From: a candidate division FCPU426 bacterium
Lineage (GTDB): Bacteria > Oederibacteriota > Muellerivitia > Muellerivitales > Muellerivitaceae
Reading direction: 5' to 3'
Assembly: GCA_963771075.1 (NCBI GenBank)
Contig: CAVYSE010000028.1
Span: forward strand, 224,001 to 288,000
DNA length: 64,000 nt
Position 1 is the stretch's first letter; every line of letters begins with the position of its first letter. The position numbers and the translations under genes are program-made. Positions 18,638-28,495 of this stretch are shown one piece after another. The notes beneath the pieces are model-generated. The model was not told the origin of the DNA. It saw nothing but the letters and a program-made list of their open reading frames with translations, and ran no database searches.

Positions 18638-20281
18638 TCAGTGCGCGTCGGTCGCCTTCGCCAATTGAGCGGGTCGGTGCATGAAAAAGGTGGGGATCAG
18701 GGTCAGGCTGAAAACCAGCACCATAATCCACATCATGTAATCGAAGCTCACCACAAAGGCTTGTTTCTGCACCCGGAAATAGGCCTCCCGCGCCAGAAGG
18801 CCGTTGGTATTGAACATCCCGACCTCGTTGGAAAGCCGATAGCCCAGCGCCTTCGCCCCGTAGGACCACTGGGTGAAGCTCGAGTTCAAGGGGCTGATGA
18901 ACTGGACCAGGTTATGGTACACCCGGTCCTGGGACTGCTTGAACATGGTGGCGAAGACCGCGATGCCCACGCTTCCCCCGATCTGCCGGGAAAGGTTCAT
19001 GATGCCCGCCGCCTGGCCCAGGTTGGGCCCGGTGAACTGCCCCAGCACCACCGCGTTGATGGGAACGAACAGGCTGGACATCCCCGCGCCGCGGATCATG
19101 AGCGGCCAGAAGAGGTTCCAATAGGTGGATTGGGCGGAAAAATGCGCGATCATGAAAAGGGCGATCTCCGAGCAGGAAAGGCCGTAAAAGATGAATAGGC
19201 GCGGGTCCCTTTTCTGGATCTGCATGCCGATGACCGGCATCATGAGGCCCGACAGGATGGCGCTGGGCATGAAAAGGTTCCCGGTCTGGGTGGCGTTCAT
19301 GGTCAGCATGAACTGGGCGAAGATGGGGATGAAAAAGATCAGGGCGTAAAGCATGCCCCCCACCGAGGCCATGAGGAAGGCCCCGTTGAAAAGCGCGAGA
19401 TTCTTGAAGAGCCTCAGGTCCACGATGGGGTGCTCGACCTTCAATTCCCACCATAAGAAAGCCGGGAGAGTGATGGCGGAAATAATGGCCATCACCACGA
19501 TGGTTTGGGAGGAAAACCAATCGTCCGCTTCCCCGCGCTCCAGCAAGAATTGCAGGCATCCCACCCCCGTCACGAGCAGTCCCAGCCCAATAAAATCCAC
19601 CGGCGCGCTGCGCATGCGGTTGTGGTGTTCCTCGTGGTGCTTTTCCACCTTGTAATCGGTCACGAACATGGCGGCCATGAAGGCCGCCAGGAGACCCAGC
19701 GGAAGGTTGATGTTGAAGATCATGCGCCAGCCGAAATGGTCGGTCAGGTAGCCGCCCAAGGGGGGGCCCAGGGTGGGGCCGATGATGACCACCATGCCGT
19801 AAAGCGCGGACCCCAGGCCGGAACGGCCGGGAAAGGCTTCCTGGATCAGGGCTTGGGAGGTGGGCAAGAGGGCCCCGCCGGCCAGGCCCTGCAGGACCCG
19901 GAAAAGCACCAGCGCCTGGAGATTGGGGGCGAATCCGCAGGCCACCGAGGAGGCCACGAAGAGAAGGATGCAGGTGATGTAATAAAAGCGCCGCCCGAAT
20001 CGGACCCCCAGCCAGCCCGAGATGGGAAGCACGATGGCATTGGAGATGATGTAGCCGGTGACCACCCAGCCGATCTCGTCCAGGGTGGCGCCCAGGTTGC
20101 CCATCATGGTGGGGATCGCCACGTTCACGATGGAGGTATCGACGATCTCCAGCATGGAGGCCAGCCCCGCCGTGATGACCATCATCACCGCTGCGCGGGA
20201 AATGCCCTGGGCCGGCGCGGACACATGCCCGGCTGCCGCGCCCAACGCTTGATCCTGGGAATGATGTTTTGAATCGGCCAT
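18638..20281 (-). CDS. emrB: DHA2 MFS efflux permease (EmrB/QacA family)
   Basis: IVDTSIVNVAIP, FRVLQGLAGG, GPTLGPPLGGYL, WRMIFNINLPLG. Confidence 0.93.
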   Translation of the reverse strand: MADSKHHSQDQALGAAAGHVSAPAQGISRAAVMMVITAGLASMLEIVDTSIVNVAIPTMMGNLGATLDEIGWVVTGYIISNAIVLPISGWLGVRFGRRFYYITCILLFVASSVACGFAPNLQALVLFRVLQGLAGGALLPTSQALIQEAFPGRSGLGSALYGMVVIIGPTLGPPLGGYLTDHFGWRMIFNINLPLGLLAAFMAAMFVTDYKVEKHHEEHHNRMRSAPVDFIGLGLLVTGVGCLQFLLERGEADDWFSSQTIVVMAIISAITLPAFLWWELKVEHPIVDLRLFKNLALFNGAFLMASVGGMLYALIFFIPIFAQFMLTMNATQTGNLFMPSAILSGLMMPVIGMQIQKRDPRLFIFYGLSCSEIALFMIAHFSAQSTYWNLFWPLMIRGAGMSSLFVPINAVVLGQFTGPNLGQAAGIMNLSRQIGGSVGIAVFATMFKQSQDRVYHNLVQFISPLNSSFTQWSYGAKALGYRLSNEVGMFNTNGLLAREAYFRVQKQAFVVSFDYMMWIMVLVFSLTLIPTFFMHRPAQLAKATDAH

Positions 20282-20408
20282 GTTCAGCTTTCTGTTTTTT
20301 AAGTTTGGAGTGGTTCGTTTTCTTTATTGATAGTTTTTCAAATTGCGATTGAAAAACATTCCTTACTTAGAACTTAAATCGAGGTCCCCACCCTGGTTGT
20401 GATTCGTT

Positions 20409-21263
20409 TCAGTGGATCTTCACGTCCACCACGGCGGATAGTCCCGCCGGGAGCCGATCGATATCCTGGGGGGAGAGGTACAGAAGCTTGATCTTGACCG
20501 GGATACGCTGGACCACCTTGGTGAAATTACCCGTGGAATTGTCCGGCGGCAAAAGGGTGAAGGTGGAGCCGGTGGCCGAGCCGATGGAATCCACCACGCC
20601 CTCGAACTTTTTTCCCGTGACCGCGTCCACTTCCACCGCCACCTTCTGGCCCGGTTTGATGGAGGATAGCTGGGTTTCCTTGAAATTGGCCGTGATCCAG
20701 CGCTCTTGGGACGAAACGAAACCAAAAAGGGCCTGGCCGGGGGGAATCACCATCCCGGGTTCCACCGACTTTTTCGCGATGGAACCGTCCTCCGGAGCGG
20801 TGATCTGGGTGTAGCTCAGGTTCAGCTTGGCCTCGTCCGCCTTGAACTGGTCGGCTTTCAATTTGGCCTGCAGATTGTGGAACCGCGCCACGGCCTTGTC
20901 GAATTCGGCCTTGGAAACGGCCTTCTCATGGTACAAGCGGCTGATGCGGTCGTAATCGAGGGAAGCCTGCTCCAGGTCGGCCTGCACGGAGGATTGGTCG
21001 GCCGCGACCTGGTTAAAGGCCGCCGAGTAATCCTTATCGTCGATCTGGGCCAAGAGCTCGCCCGCCTTCACCTTGTCGTTCTCATCCACCAACACCTTTT
21101 GGACCGTGCCGCCGATGCGGGCGGATAGCATCAGGGAATGGGCCTGCACATAGGCGTCGTCGGTGGACTCGTAATAGTAGGCGCGGTAGCCGAAATAACA
21201 CGCCGCCGCCAGGGCCAAGATCACGACGACTCGGATGAACAGGTTTTTTCGTTCCTTACTCAT
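20409..21263 (-). CDS. emrA: EmrA-type membrane fusion protein
   Basis: ESTDDAYV, ANFKETQL, TGSTFTLLPPDNSTGNFTKVVQRIPVKI. Confidence 0.93.
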   Translation of the reverse strand: MSKERKNLFIRVVVILALAAACYFGYRAYYYESTDDAYVQAHSLMLSARIGGTVQKVLVDENDKVKAGELLAQIDDKDYSAAFNQVAADQSSVQADLEQASLDYDRISRLYHEKAVSKAEFDKAVARFHNLQAKLKADQFKADEAKLNLSYTQITAPEDGSIAKKSVEPGMVIPPGQALFGFVSSQERWITANFKETQLSSIKPGQKVAVEVDAVTGKKFEGVVDSIGSATGSTFTLLPPDNSTGNFTKVVQRIPVKIKLLYLSPQDIDRLPAGLSAVVDVKIH

Positions 21264-22629
21264 GGCTGATCCTCTTTCCCACGGTGTTTTCAAGATTAAT
21301 CAAGGCTTCCAGCGCGTCCACCTGGGCTTGCACCAGGCCCGCCTCCGCCTGGAACTGGTCCAGTTCGGCGTCCAGGACGTCGGTGGTGGTGCGGGTGCCC
21401 GCCTTGAAGCCCAGAATGGCCAGGCGGGAATTCTCCCTCGACTCGTCGATCTCCGTCAGTTTGGATCGATAGAGGGCGACTTTCGAGACTAACGTCCGTT
21501 TCCAGATGTCGAAATCAAAAGGGGCCCTCAGCTTGGCGCTGTTAAAGTCATCGATCGACTCATTGGCCTGTTCCTGGGCCGCGTTGGCTTGGGCCCAGGA
21601 CTGTCCTCCGTCCAACAGGTTCCAGGTGGCGGCCGCGCCCACGAAATAACTTGTACTGACGTTGCCCGTATTCATCGGATCGGACCCGATGGTATAGGCT
21701 TGTTCGTTGTACCAGGTGTAATCCCCGATTAATTGGACCTTGGGAATCCAAAAGGATTCCGCCGCGGCGCTGCGGTCCTGGGCCGCCAAGGCCGTCAGTT
21801 TCTTGGCCTTGAGGTCGGGCCGGTTCTCGTAATCCTCCTGGTTCACCCGGGAGAGTATCTCGTCCGGGTTCAGGATCGGCAGGGTCCCGGATAAAACCCG
21901 ATCGTCCGCTTTATACCCCATCGCGTTAGCGAGGGCTTCCCGGGCCAACACCACATTGTCGTGCGCGGAGATCTGGTCCGATTGGGCGCGGGATAGTTTG
22001 ACATTGACGCTCAAGAGGTCGTATTGGGTGGCCTGGCCGTTGTCCAATTGGTCCTTCACGACACGCTGATGGTCCTGCAGGGTCTTCACGTTCTGGTCTG
22101 CGGTATCGGCCAGCTCCTTCTTGGCAAGGGCGTTGTAATAGGCCAGCCGGACACGCTGGGTTAATTGAAAGGAAGCCCATTGCGAGGAAAGCTTGGCGGA
22201 TTCATGCTGGTTGTTCGCCGCGTCCAACTGGTGGATGTTTTGGAAGCCATCGAAAAGATCGAAGGTCGCGTCCACCGACAGGTCCGCGATGGGGAAATTC
22301 TCCAGGAAGGGCTGGAGCCCACCGGGACCGAACGAAACAAGTTCTTGGGGGTACTGATTGTCGAAAAAATACTTTCCCCCGATGCTGAGGTGGGGAAGGA
22401 ACCCGGCGGTAAAGGCCTCGACCTGTTCCCAGGAGGCCTCCTTTTCCGCGTTGATGGCCTTCTGGTAATCCGGTGAATGTTCGATGGCTTCCAACTCGGC
22501 GGTCGCCAGGTCCAAGGACGGGGAAGGTGTCCCGGCCGGGGAAGCGGCCACGGCTTCGGTCTGGGCGTAAACCCACGGAGCCAACCCCACCGATAAAATG
22601 AACAGGCCTAAGCGTGTCTTGCTTTTCAT
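21256..22629 (-). CDS. TolC family outer membrane efflux protein
   Basis: Signal peptide, VRLAYYNAL, GQATQYDLL, FKAGTRTTTDVLDAE. Confidence 0.9.
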   Translation of the reverse strand: MKSKTRLGLFILSVGLAPWVYAQTEAVAASPAGTPSPSLDLATAELEAIEHSPDYQKAINAEKEASWEQVEAFTAGFLPHLSIGGKYFFDNQYPQELVSFGPGGLQPFLENFPIADLSVDATFDLFDGFQNIHQLDAANNQHESAKLSSQWASFQLTQRVRLAYYNALAKKELADTADQNVKTLQDHQRVVKDQLDNGQATQYDLLSVNVKLSRAQSDQISAHDNVVLAREALANAMGYKADDRVLSGTLPILNPDEILSRVNQEDYENRPDLKAKKLTALAAQDRSAAAESFWIPKVQLIGDYTWYNEQAYTIGSDPMNTGNVSTSYFVGAAATWNLLDGGQSWAQANAAQEQANESIDDFNSAKLRAPFDFDIWKRTLVSKVALYRSKLTEIDESRENSRLAILGFKAGTRTTTDVLDAELDQFQAEAGLVQAQVDALEALINLENTVGKRISHE

Positions 22630-23135
22630 ATCGTTCCTCGATTCGACTCGTTTGAAAGATGGGATAAAACCAGTTTTTTCAAGAGCTTAAAAATTTCCTT
22701 TTGTTCATGGGTGGATAGGCTCGACAGAAATTTCTTGTCGGCCGCCTCGCTCAGCTTATGGGCCTTGGGAAGGATTTCCTTGCCCTTCGGGGTTAATACC
22801 AGGGCGTGGGAACGACGGTCGGTGGGGTGCTCCTGCCTTTCCACCAACCCTTTTTTCTCCAGTTCATCCACGAGGCTAACCATGGTGGTACGGTCGATAT
22901 GGGTGCATTTGCCGATCTCGTGCTGGCTGACCGAGCCTTTTTCATTCAATACCAGCAAAACCCCCCATTCTTTCCCATCGATCCCTAAAGGCGCCAGGGC
23001 TTCCTGGTAGGCCTCCCGTATCTTTTGTCCTCCCTTATTCAACAAAAAACCCATCCGGCCCAAAAGAACCTCCGGAACGGGGTCCGGGGCCTTTGCGGAA
23101 AGACCAGACTTTTCGAACAATGATTTTAAAACCAT
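22626..23135 (-). CDS. MarR family regulator heading the tolC-emrA-emrB operon
   Basis: IDRTTMVSLVDELEKKGLVER..HPTDRRS..LVLTPKG. Confidence 0.92.
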   Translation of the reverse strand: MVLKSLFEKSGLSAKAPDPVPEVLLGRMGFLLNKGGQKIREAYQEALAPLGIDGKEWGVLLVLNEKGSVSQHEIGKCTHIDRTTMVSLVDELEKKGLVERQEHPTDRRSHALVLTPKGKEILPKAHKLSEAADKKFLSSLSTHEQKEIFKLLKKLVLSHLSNESNRGTI

Positions 23136-23161
23136 TTAATTGATAATCCTTTTCATCATGC

Positions 23162-23192
23162 TTCGGATAATCAGTAATACTGATTATCCGAA
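23162..23192. promoter_or_regulatory. Perfect 15-1-15 palindrome, probable MarR operator
   Basis: TTCGGATAATCAGTA-a-TACTGATTATCCGAA, just downstream of a minus-strand TTGACA (23197-23202). Confidence 0.75.
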
Positions 23193-23347
23193 CAAGTGTC
23201 AATCCCCTGTTCCAAAAATAATGAGGGAACAAGAAGCCGTCTAATTTCTTTTGGGCTGTTCGGAAACCTTGGAACGTTTTCCTTGTTGTCCGCACCCCGC
23301 TTTTAAAATTTCTTGACCGCCCTGGAATCGGCGTTTAGGCTCTTGTC

Positions 23348-25030
23348 ATGCAAAAAATTCCAGGCCTGGCCAACCTCCGTGAGACCTTGAACCGGAACCT
23401 GTTATTAAAGTCCAGCCATCTTCCCTGGTTCACCCAGGGTGATTTGGACGGCTTCTTCGGTTTATTTATCGACAATCTTTTACAACTCATGCTCGTGGGG
23501 GCGCTTTGCAATGTCTTTTGCGGCATTCCCGCCGACTTCATCACGGGACAAATATTGCCTGGCGCAGCCCTCTCCATTCTTTTGGGCAACTTCTATTACG
23601 CCTGGCAGGCGCGCCGCCTGGCGCTGGACTCCAAACGGGCGGAAGTGACCGCGCTGCCCTTCGGGATCAATACTCCCAGCCTGATCGCCTTTATCTTCCT
23701 GGTAATGGCGCCGGTCTTCCGCGAAACCAACGACTGGCACCTGGCCTGGAAGGCGGGTCTATTCGCCTGTTTGTTGAACGGGTTGATGGAAATCGGCGGC
23801 TCCTACTTGGGCGATTGGCTCAGGCAAAACACACCCCGGGCCGCCATGCTTTGCGCCCTGGCCGGCATCGCCATCACCTTCATCGCCATGGGCTTCATTT
23901 TCCAGATCTTCGCTTCCCCCCTGGTGGGCCTCCTGCCCATGCTGTTGATCCTGCTTTCCTATTCCTCCCGGATCAAATGGCCCCTTTCCCTGCCGGGCGG
24001 CTTCCTGGCGGTGGTCGTGGGCACGGTGTTGGCCTGGGCCTTCCACACGGTCGCCCAATTGCCCCTCAACGTCTCGACCAATCCCATCGTCTGGTCCTTT
24101 TATGTTCCCCATCCCGTCCCCAAAGACCTGTTTTCGCTCCTGCTGAACCCGACCGGGTGGAAATACCTGGCGGTCATTTTCCCCATGGGACTTTTCAACG
24201 TGATCGGATCGCTCCAGAACCTGGAAAGCGCCGAGGCGGCGGGGGACCGCTACCCGACCAAGCCCTCCCTCCTCTGGAACGGCATCGCGACCCTGTTGGC
24301 GGGCTTCCTGGGCAGCCCCTTCCCGACGACCATTTACATCGGCCATCCCGGTTGGAAGGCGATGGGCGCCCGCCATGGTTATTCCATCCTGAACGGAACG
24401 ATCATTACCCTTCTTTGCCTGTTCGGCGGCGTCACCCTGATCCTGAAGGTCATCCCCCAGGAATGCATCCTTGGCATCCTGCTTTGGGTGGCGATCATCA
24501 TTACCGCCCAAGCCTTCATGGAAATTCCCAAGGAGCACGGCTTGGCGGTGGCCTTCGGGCTTATCCCCGCCTTCGCGGCCTTCGTGCTCCAGTTGGTCAT
24601 TGAGCCCACCCTGAAGGTGGCGGGCATGAGCCTGGCCGATGTCTGGGATAAATTCGGGAGCCTTCTCTATATCAAGGGCGTGGTCTACCTTAGCCAGGGC
24701 TTTTTGCTGACCTCGATGATTTTCGCGGCGGTGATGGTTTACATGATCGACCGTAAATTCCTCAAGGCGGCCCAGTGGACCTTCGCCGCTTCCCTTTTTT
24801 CCTTCCTGGGGCTCATCCATGCCTTTCGTTTGTCCCCGGACGGGGTAATCCAAAACGTTTTCGGGCTGGTCGCGGCGCCGGATTTTGGCATCATCTACGC
24901 CTTGGTGGGCGGAATCCTTCTCATGCTCCATTACCGCCAAAAATCGGATTCGCAATCCTCCCGCCGAAAAAAGAAGGGAAAGAAAGCACCTCCGCCCGAG
25001 CGCCCCAAGAGCAAGGTCAGCTACGTCTAG
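23348..25030 (+). CDS. NCS2/AzgA-like permease
   Basis: GDLDGFFGLFIDN, TALPFGINTPS, SLQNLESAEAAGD, PFPTTIYIGHPGWKAMGAR. Confidence 0.88.
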   Translation: MQKIPGLANLRETLNRNLLLKSSHLPWFTQGDLDGFFGLFIDNLLQLMLVGALCNVFCGIPADFITGQILPGAALSILLGNFYYAWQARRLALDSKRAEVTALPFGINTPSLIAFIFLVMAPVFRETNDWHLAWKAGLFACLLNGLMEIGGSYLGDWLRQNTPRAAMLCALAGIAITFIAMGFIFQIFASPLVGLLPMLLILLSYSSRIKWPLSLPGGFLAVVVGTVLAWAFHTVAQLPLNVSTNPIVWSFYVPHPVPKDLFSLLLNPTGWKYLAVIFPMGLFNVIGSLQNLESAEAAGDRYPTKPSLLWNGIATLLAGFLGSPFPTTIYIGHPGWKAMGARHGYSILNGTIITLLCLFGGVTLILKVIPQECILGILLWVAIIITAQAFMEIPKEHGLAVAFGLIPAFAAFVLQLVIEPTLKVAGMSLADVWDKFGSLLYIKGVVYLSQGFLLTSMIFAAVMVYMIDRKFLKAAQWTFAASLFSFLGLIHAFRLSPDGVIQNVFGLVAAPDFGIIYALVGGILLMLHYRQKSDSQSSRRKKKGKKAPPPERPKSKVSYV

Positions 25031-25058
25031 TTTCCAGGCCCGAGAAAAGGAACCGGCC

Positions 25059-27170
25059 TTGTCCCCACCCCCCTCCGCTTATTTATTGCGCCGGTTCCTG
25101 TGGTACGGTTATTTCCTATGCCTGTGCTCCCTCTTGACTTGGATCCCCATGGATGGAGCCATTCAATTCGCCCTGGTTTTGGTCGGCTTGGGGATTCCCT
25201 TATTAACCGCATGGCGCAAGGCGATCCCCGGCACTCCTTCCACTCCCTGGGAAACAGAAACCCTTAGCCCCCTGTCACCCTGGGTTTGGTTTATTTTTAT
25301 CTTCCTGGCCCTAACCCTTCGCCTGGCCGATATCCAATCCTTTCCGGCCTGGCCCAACCCGGACGAGGGTGGCATCGGCACCATGGGTTTAAGCATCAGC
25401 CAGCATTGGACTAGCCGCTTTTTTTATTCTTTCGCCCAAAACCCTCCCCTGACCTTCTGGCTGGACGCCCTGGCCGCGAAGATGTGGCTGAACCCCTTTC
25501 TCGCCCTATGGCTTCCCTCCGCGGTCGTTTCGGTTTTGACCTTGGGAATGGGTTATTGGGTTGCCCGACGTTTTTTCTCTTTTTCTTTGTCCTTTTTATT
25601 CACGTCTCTGGTGGCCTTCTCTTTCTGGCCCCTTTACATCGGCCGCCACAGCCACGAGGGCATGGCCCTTCCCCTGTTTGAACTCCTGGCCTTTGGGGCC
25701 TTGGGTCTGGCGGTTCAAAAGCAGAAGAACGAGGGTTCTTCTTTCCGTTTTTTCTTGTTCGGGCTCACGGCAGGTTTGGGTTTTATCACCTTCACCGCCT
25801 GGGCCGGAGTGGCGCTCTATTTCGTTCTTCTTGCGGCTTGGGGCCTTTGGAAAAATCCCGCCACACGTTCAAAATGGTTGTGGTTCATCCCCGGAATAGG
25901 CTTGGGGGCTTTCCCTTTCATCCGGGCGGTTTTAACCGAGGGTTATGGTCACCATCTAACTTCCCTGACCCCTTGGAGCGGTTGGTTTCCCTGGGCCCAT
26001 CAATTCGAAGTGGATTGGCATTACCTGACGGTGCTTTGTTGGGGCACGTTTGACCCGGAAGCCGCCTATACCCCGGTGACCGGCGGGTTTCTGAACCCGA
26101 TTCTGGGAGCTTTTTTCTTTTTGGGATTAATGGAAATTCTTAAATTCCGCAGGGCAGCTTGGGCCCAATGGATGCTCTTGGGTTTTCCTATTCTTATCCT
26201 TCCCGGCGTCCTCTCCATGAACGTGGAGGCTTTCCGCATCGTCCCTGTCTTCCCGCTCCTTTTATTCACGGCGGCCCTGGGATTTCAATCCCTGTTGGAA
26301 GCACTGAATTTGGAAAGAAGATGGCTTTACTTGTTTCTATTACTTTTGATATCGCTTGGATTTGATTTGTACCGCTTGGTAGGGACCTGGACGGACTATG
26401 ACGCCCACCCAATGGACTTTGACCGGCCCGTGAAGTCCGTGGAAAAACTTCGCGCCTACCGGATGATGGAGGAAACCTTTAAGGAAAAGGGGCCGGGGAT
26501 TGTGTTAGCCGACTTTGATACCAATACCGAAAATGACGCTACCCTCACGCTTTGCACCTCATTTATGGATTTCGCCCAAATTCCTTTACGGCCGGGCAAC
26601 CCTATTGTTCCCACATGGGGAGCACTTTGCGTGAATGTGCATTACCAACCCTATTTGGAAAAGCGCCTTCCGGGCGCCCAATGGTTCTATCTGGCGAAGG
26701 GACTCCAAAAACCGGATGGAGGGTCTGTACTTGCCATTTTCCCCATCTCAAATCCGATACCGAAATTCGTTATGAATTGGATGGGAATCAACATGTATAT
26801 GAGGACAGTGGACTCAAAACGGCTCAATCAACCAAAAGAGGATTGGGATTCTTTAATCAGTGAGTTATACGGTTTTTGTTACGGTTTGTCCGAAAAAGAT
26901 CCATTTTTGGCCTCAGTCTTTTGGGACAAGGTAGCGGCTTTTGAGTACGGCAAGCTGGACTATGGCGCGAACCTGGCGGCCCTGCAGTACGCGGTGAAGG
27001 ATGGTTATCCCACCGCGGCCCTTTGTTTTGAGCTGGGAAATCTATACCTGGCCAAGGGTTTCAAAAAGGAGGCCCGGGAAGCATATCAAATGGCCCGAAA
27101 AGCCCCCCTCGACCTGACTCCATCGGCTCTCCTTCTCTTACAACTCCAAAAAGAGAATTCCGCCAAATAA
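25059..27170 (+). CDS. GT-C fold membrane glycosyltransferase with C-terminal TPR (paralogue of 1790-4084); start reassigned to TTG 25059
   Basis: LRLADI..FPAWPNPDEG, AYTPVTGGFLNPILG, DPFLASVFWDK, GYPTA..CFELGNLYL shared with the paralogue; the listed start at 24885 lies inside the upstream gene. Confidence 0.75.
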   Translation: MSPPPSAYLLRRFLWYGYFLCLCSLLTWIPMDGAIQFALVLVGLGIPLLTAWRKAIPGTPSTPWETETLSPLSPWVWFIFIFLALTLRLADIQSFPAWPNPDEGGIGTMGLSISQHWTSRFFYSFAQNPPLTFWLDALAAKMWLNPFLALWLPSAVVSVLTLGMGYWVARRFFSFSLSFLFTSLVAFSFWPLYIGRHSHEGMALPLFELLAFGALGLAVQKQKNEGSSFRFFLFGLTAGLGFITFTAWAGVALYFVLLAAWGLWKNPATRSKWLWFIPGIGLGAFPFIRAVLTEGYGHHLTSLTPWSGWFPWAHQFEVDWHYLTVLCWGTFDPEAAYTPVTGGFLNPILGAFFFLGLMEILKFRRAAWAQWMLLGFPILILPGVLSMNVEAFRIVPVFPLLLFTAALGFQSLLEALNLERRWLYLFLLLLISLGFDLYRLVGTWTDYDAHPMDFDRPVKSVEKLRAYRMMEETFKEKGPGIVLADFDTNTENDATLTLCTSFMDFAQIPLRPGNPIVPTWGALCVNVHYQPYLEKRLPGAQWFYLAKGLQKPDGGSVLAIFPISNPIPKFVMNWMGINMYMRTVDSKRLNQPKEDWDSLISELYGFCYGLSEKDPFLASVFWDKVAAFEYGKLDYGANLAALQYAVKDGYPTAALCFELGNLYLAKGFKKEAREAYQMARKAPLDLTPSALLLLQLQKENSAK

Positions 27171-27202
27171 AAAAGCCTCTCCCGTTTGCGGGAAAGGCTT
27201 TT
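27168..27202. terminator. Bidirectional terminator between convergent genes
   Basis: AAAAAAGCCTctcccgtttgcgggaaAGGCTTTT. Confidence 0.75.
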
Positions 27203-27231
27203 AATCTTTGCCTATTCACTCCCAACTTGAC

Positions 27232-27618
27232 TTATGGTTTGTAGGCGTCCGCCTCGATCTCAACCATCATTTCGGGGTCGATCAATCGGGACACTTCCAC
27301 CAAGGTCATGGCGGGCCGGATTTCGCCGAACACTTCCCCGTGGGCCTTGCCGTACTTTTCCCACTCGGCGGCCTTGGTCACGAACAACCGGGTTCGAACC
27401 ACGTCCTTCGCCGAAAAGCCTGCCTTCTCCAAGCCGGCCAACAGGTTTTTGAGGGCCTGGACCGTCTGGGCGTAGGCGTCACCGACCCCGACGATCTTTC
27501 CGTCGGGCCCTGTGCCCGTGGTGCCGGAAACAAAAAGATGCGGCCCCACCTTCACGGCGCGGGAATAACCCAGGATGGGCTCCCATTTCGAACCAGTGCT
27601 GATGTTCTCTCGGGACAT
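27232..27618 (-). CDS. RidA/YjgF family protein
   Basis: [42 protein letters not shown]. Confidence 0.92.
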   Translation of the reverse strand: MSRENISTGSKWEPILGYSRAVKVGPHLFVSGTTGTGPDGKIVGVGDAYAQTVQALKNLLAGLEKAGFSAKDVVRTRLFVTKAAEWEKYGKAHGEVFGEIRPAMTLVEVSRLIDPEMMVEIEADAYKP

Positions 27619-27663
27619 GTTCTTACCTCTGGAATGGAATCACTTCGTAAAATTAGCTCAGTC

Positions 27664-27984
27664 TTAGGACGATCCAACTTTTCGGGGAGCGGAAACCTGC
27701 TTTTGCGCGTTCACCGGATTCTGGGTCCGGGTCGGCCCGCCCTTCTCGTGCTTGTGGGCGTGCTCGTGGGGATGCTCATGGTCGTGGTGGTCATGGTCAT
27801 GCCCGTGTTCTTCCTCGTGCTTCTTCGCCTCGGCCGCCGCATCCGAGTTGGTCTTGGCCAAGGCTTCGCTCTCGGTCTTCTCGTCCGCCTGCAGGTGGCA
27901 CTTTTTGTACTTTTTTCCCGACCCACAAGGGCAAACATCGTTTCTCCCCGTCTTCAGCCTGGCCTGCCAATCCTGATCCGCCAT
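27664..27984 (-). CDS. SEC-C motif protein with His-rich tail
   Basis: GRNDVCPCGSGKKYKKCH followed by HGHDHDHHDHEHPHEHAHKH. Confidence 0.88.
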   Translation of the reverse strand: MADQDWQARLKTGRNDVCPCGSGKKYKKCHLQADEKTESEALAKTNSDAAAEAKKHEEEHGHDHDHHDHEHPHEHAHKHEKGGPTRTQNPVNAQKQVSAPRKVGSS

Positions 27985-28094
27985 AAGTCCTCCAAAACCA
28001 ATTGATTAGGGGCGTTATTATACGGTGGTTGGACAAAAAATCATCCCCAGTACTATTTCAACAGTCGGAAAATTGAGATCGTGAAATGAAAAGG

Positions 28095-28404
28095 TTAATA
28101 GGTAGGAGTATTCGTAGGCTTACCAAAGAAGTACGTAGGAGTTGGGGCAGACGTGCGATGATGTGTGGTGGGTGTAATAAGTAAACTTAAAGTTGTAGAC
28201 GCACTACCCGCATAGCCACCTGAACCGCCATTAACATAACCCGATCCGCCTACGCCACCGGCTATGCTCACAATACTGCTGTCCACCGACACCGCTCCAA
28301 CGACCGTTAATACCGCCGAACCAAAGCTCACCAAGGGCCATGGCCGAAAGAAAAGAAAATATCATTCCCTTTTTCAGCGACCGCGTAAAAATTTTACTTT
28401 CCAT
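28095..28404 (-). CDS. Possible small secreted Gly/Ser/Thr-rich protein, split by a one-base frameshift near 28337
   Basis: MESKIFTRSLKKGMIFSFLSAMAL joins VSFGSAVLTVVG..GGVGGSG..PTPTYFFGKPTNTPTY if one C is removed from GCCCTT. Confidence 0.35.
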
Positions 28405-28495
28405 ATTATGAGGACGGTTAAACATATGTGGAATTTTACTCTGATATTCATTGTATTGTGCAACGATTATTAAAGTTCTAACCTTAATTTCCCAT

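Noticed and set aside
23238..23245. Additional CGTCTAA boxes (also at 61007) as ECF promoters
   Set aside because: No AAC-type -35 box at the 16-17 bp spacing.
23506..24955. 365-aa and 398-aa alternative-frame ORFs
   Set aside because: Both fully overlap the NCS2 permease and show no motifs.
24885..25058. Listed N-terminal extension of the GT-C gene
   Set aside because: Overlaps the permease in another frame; TTG 25059 is a better start.
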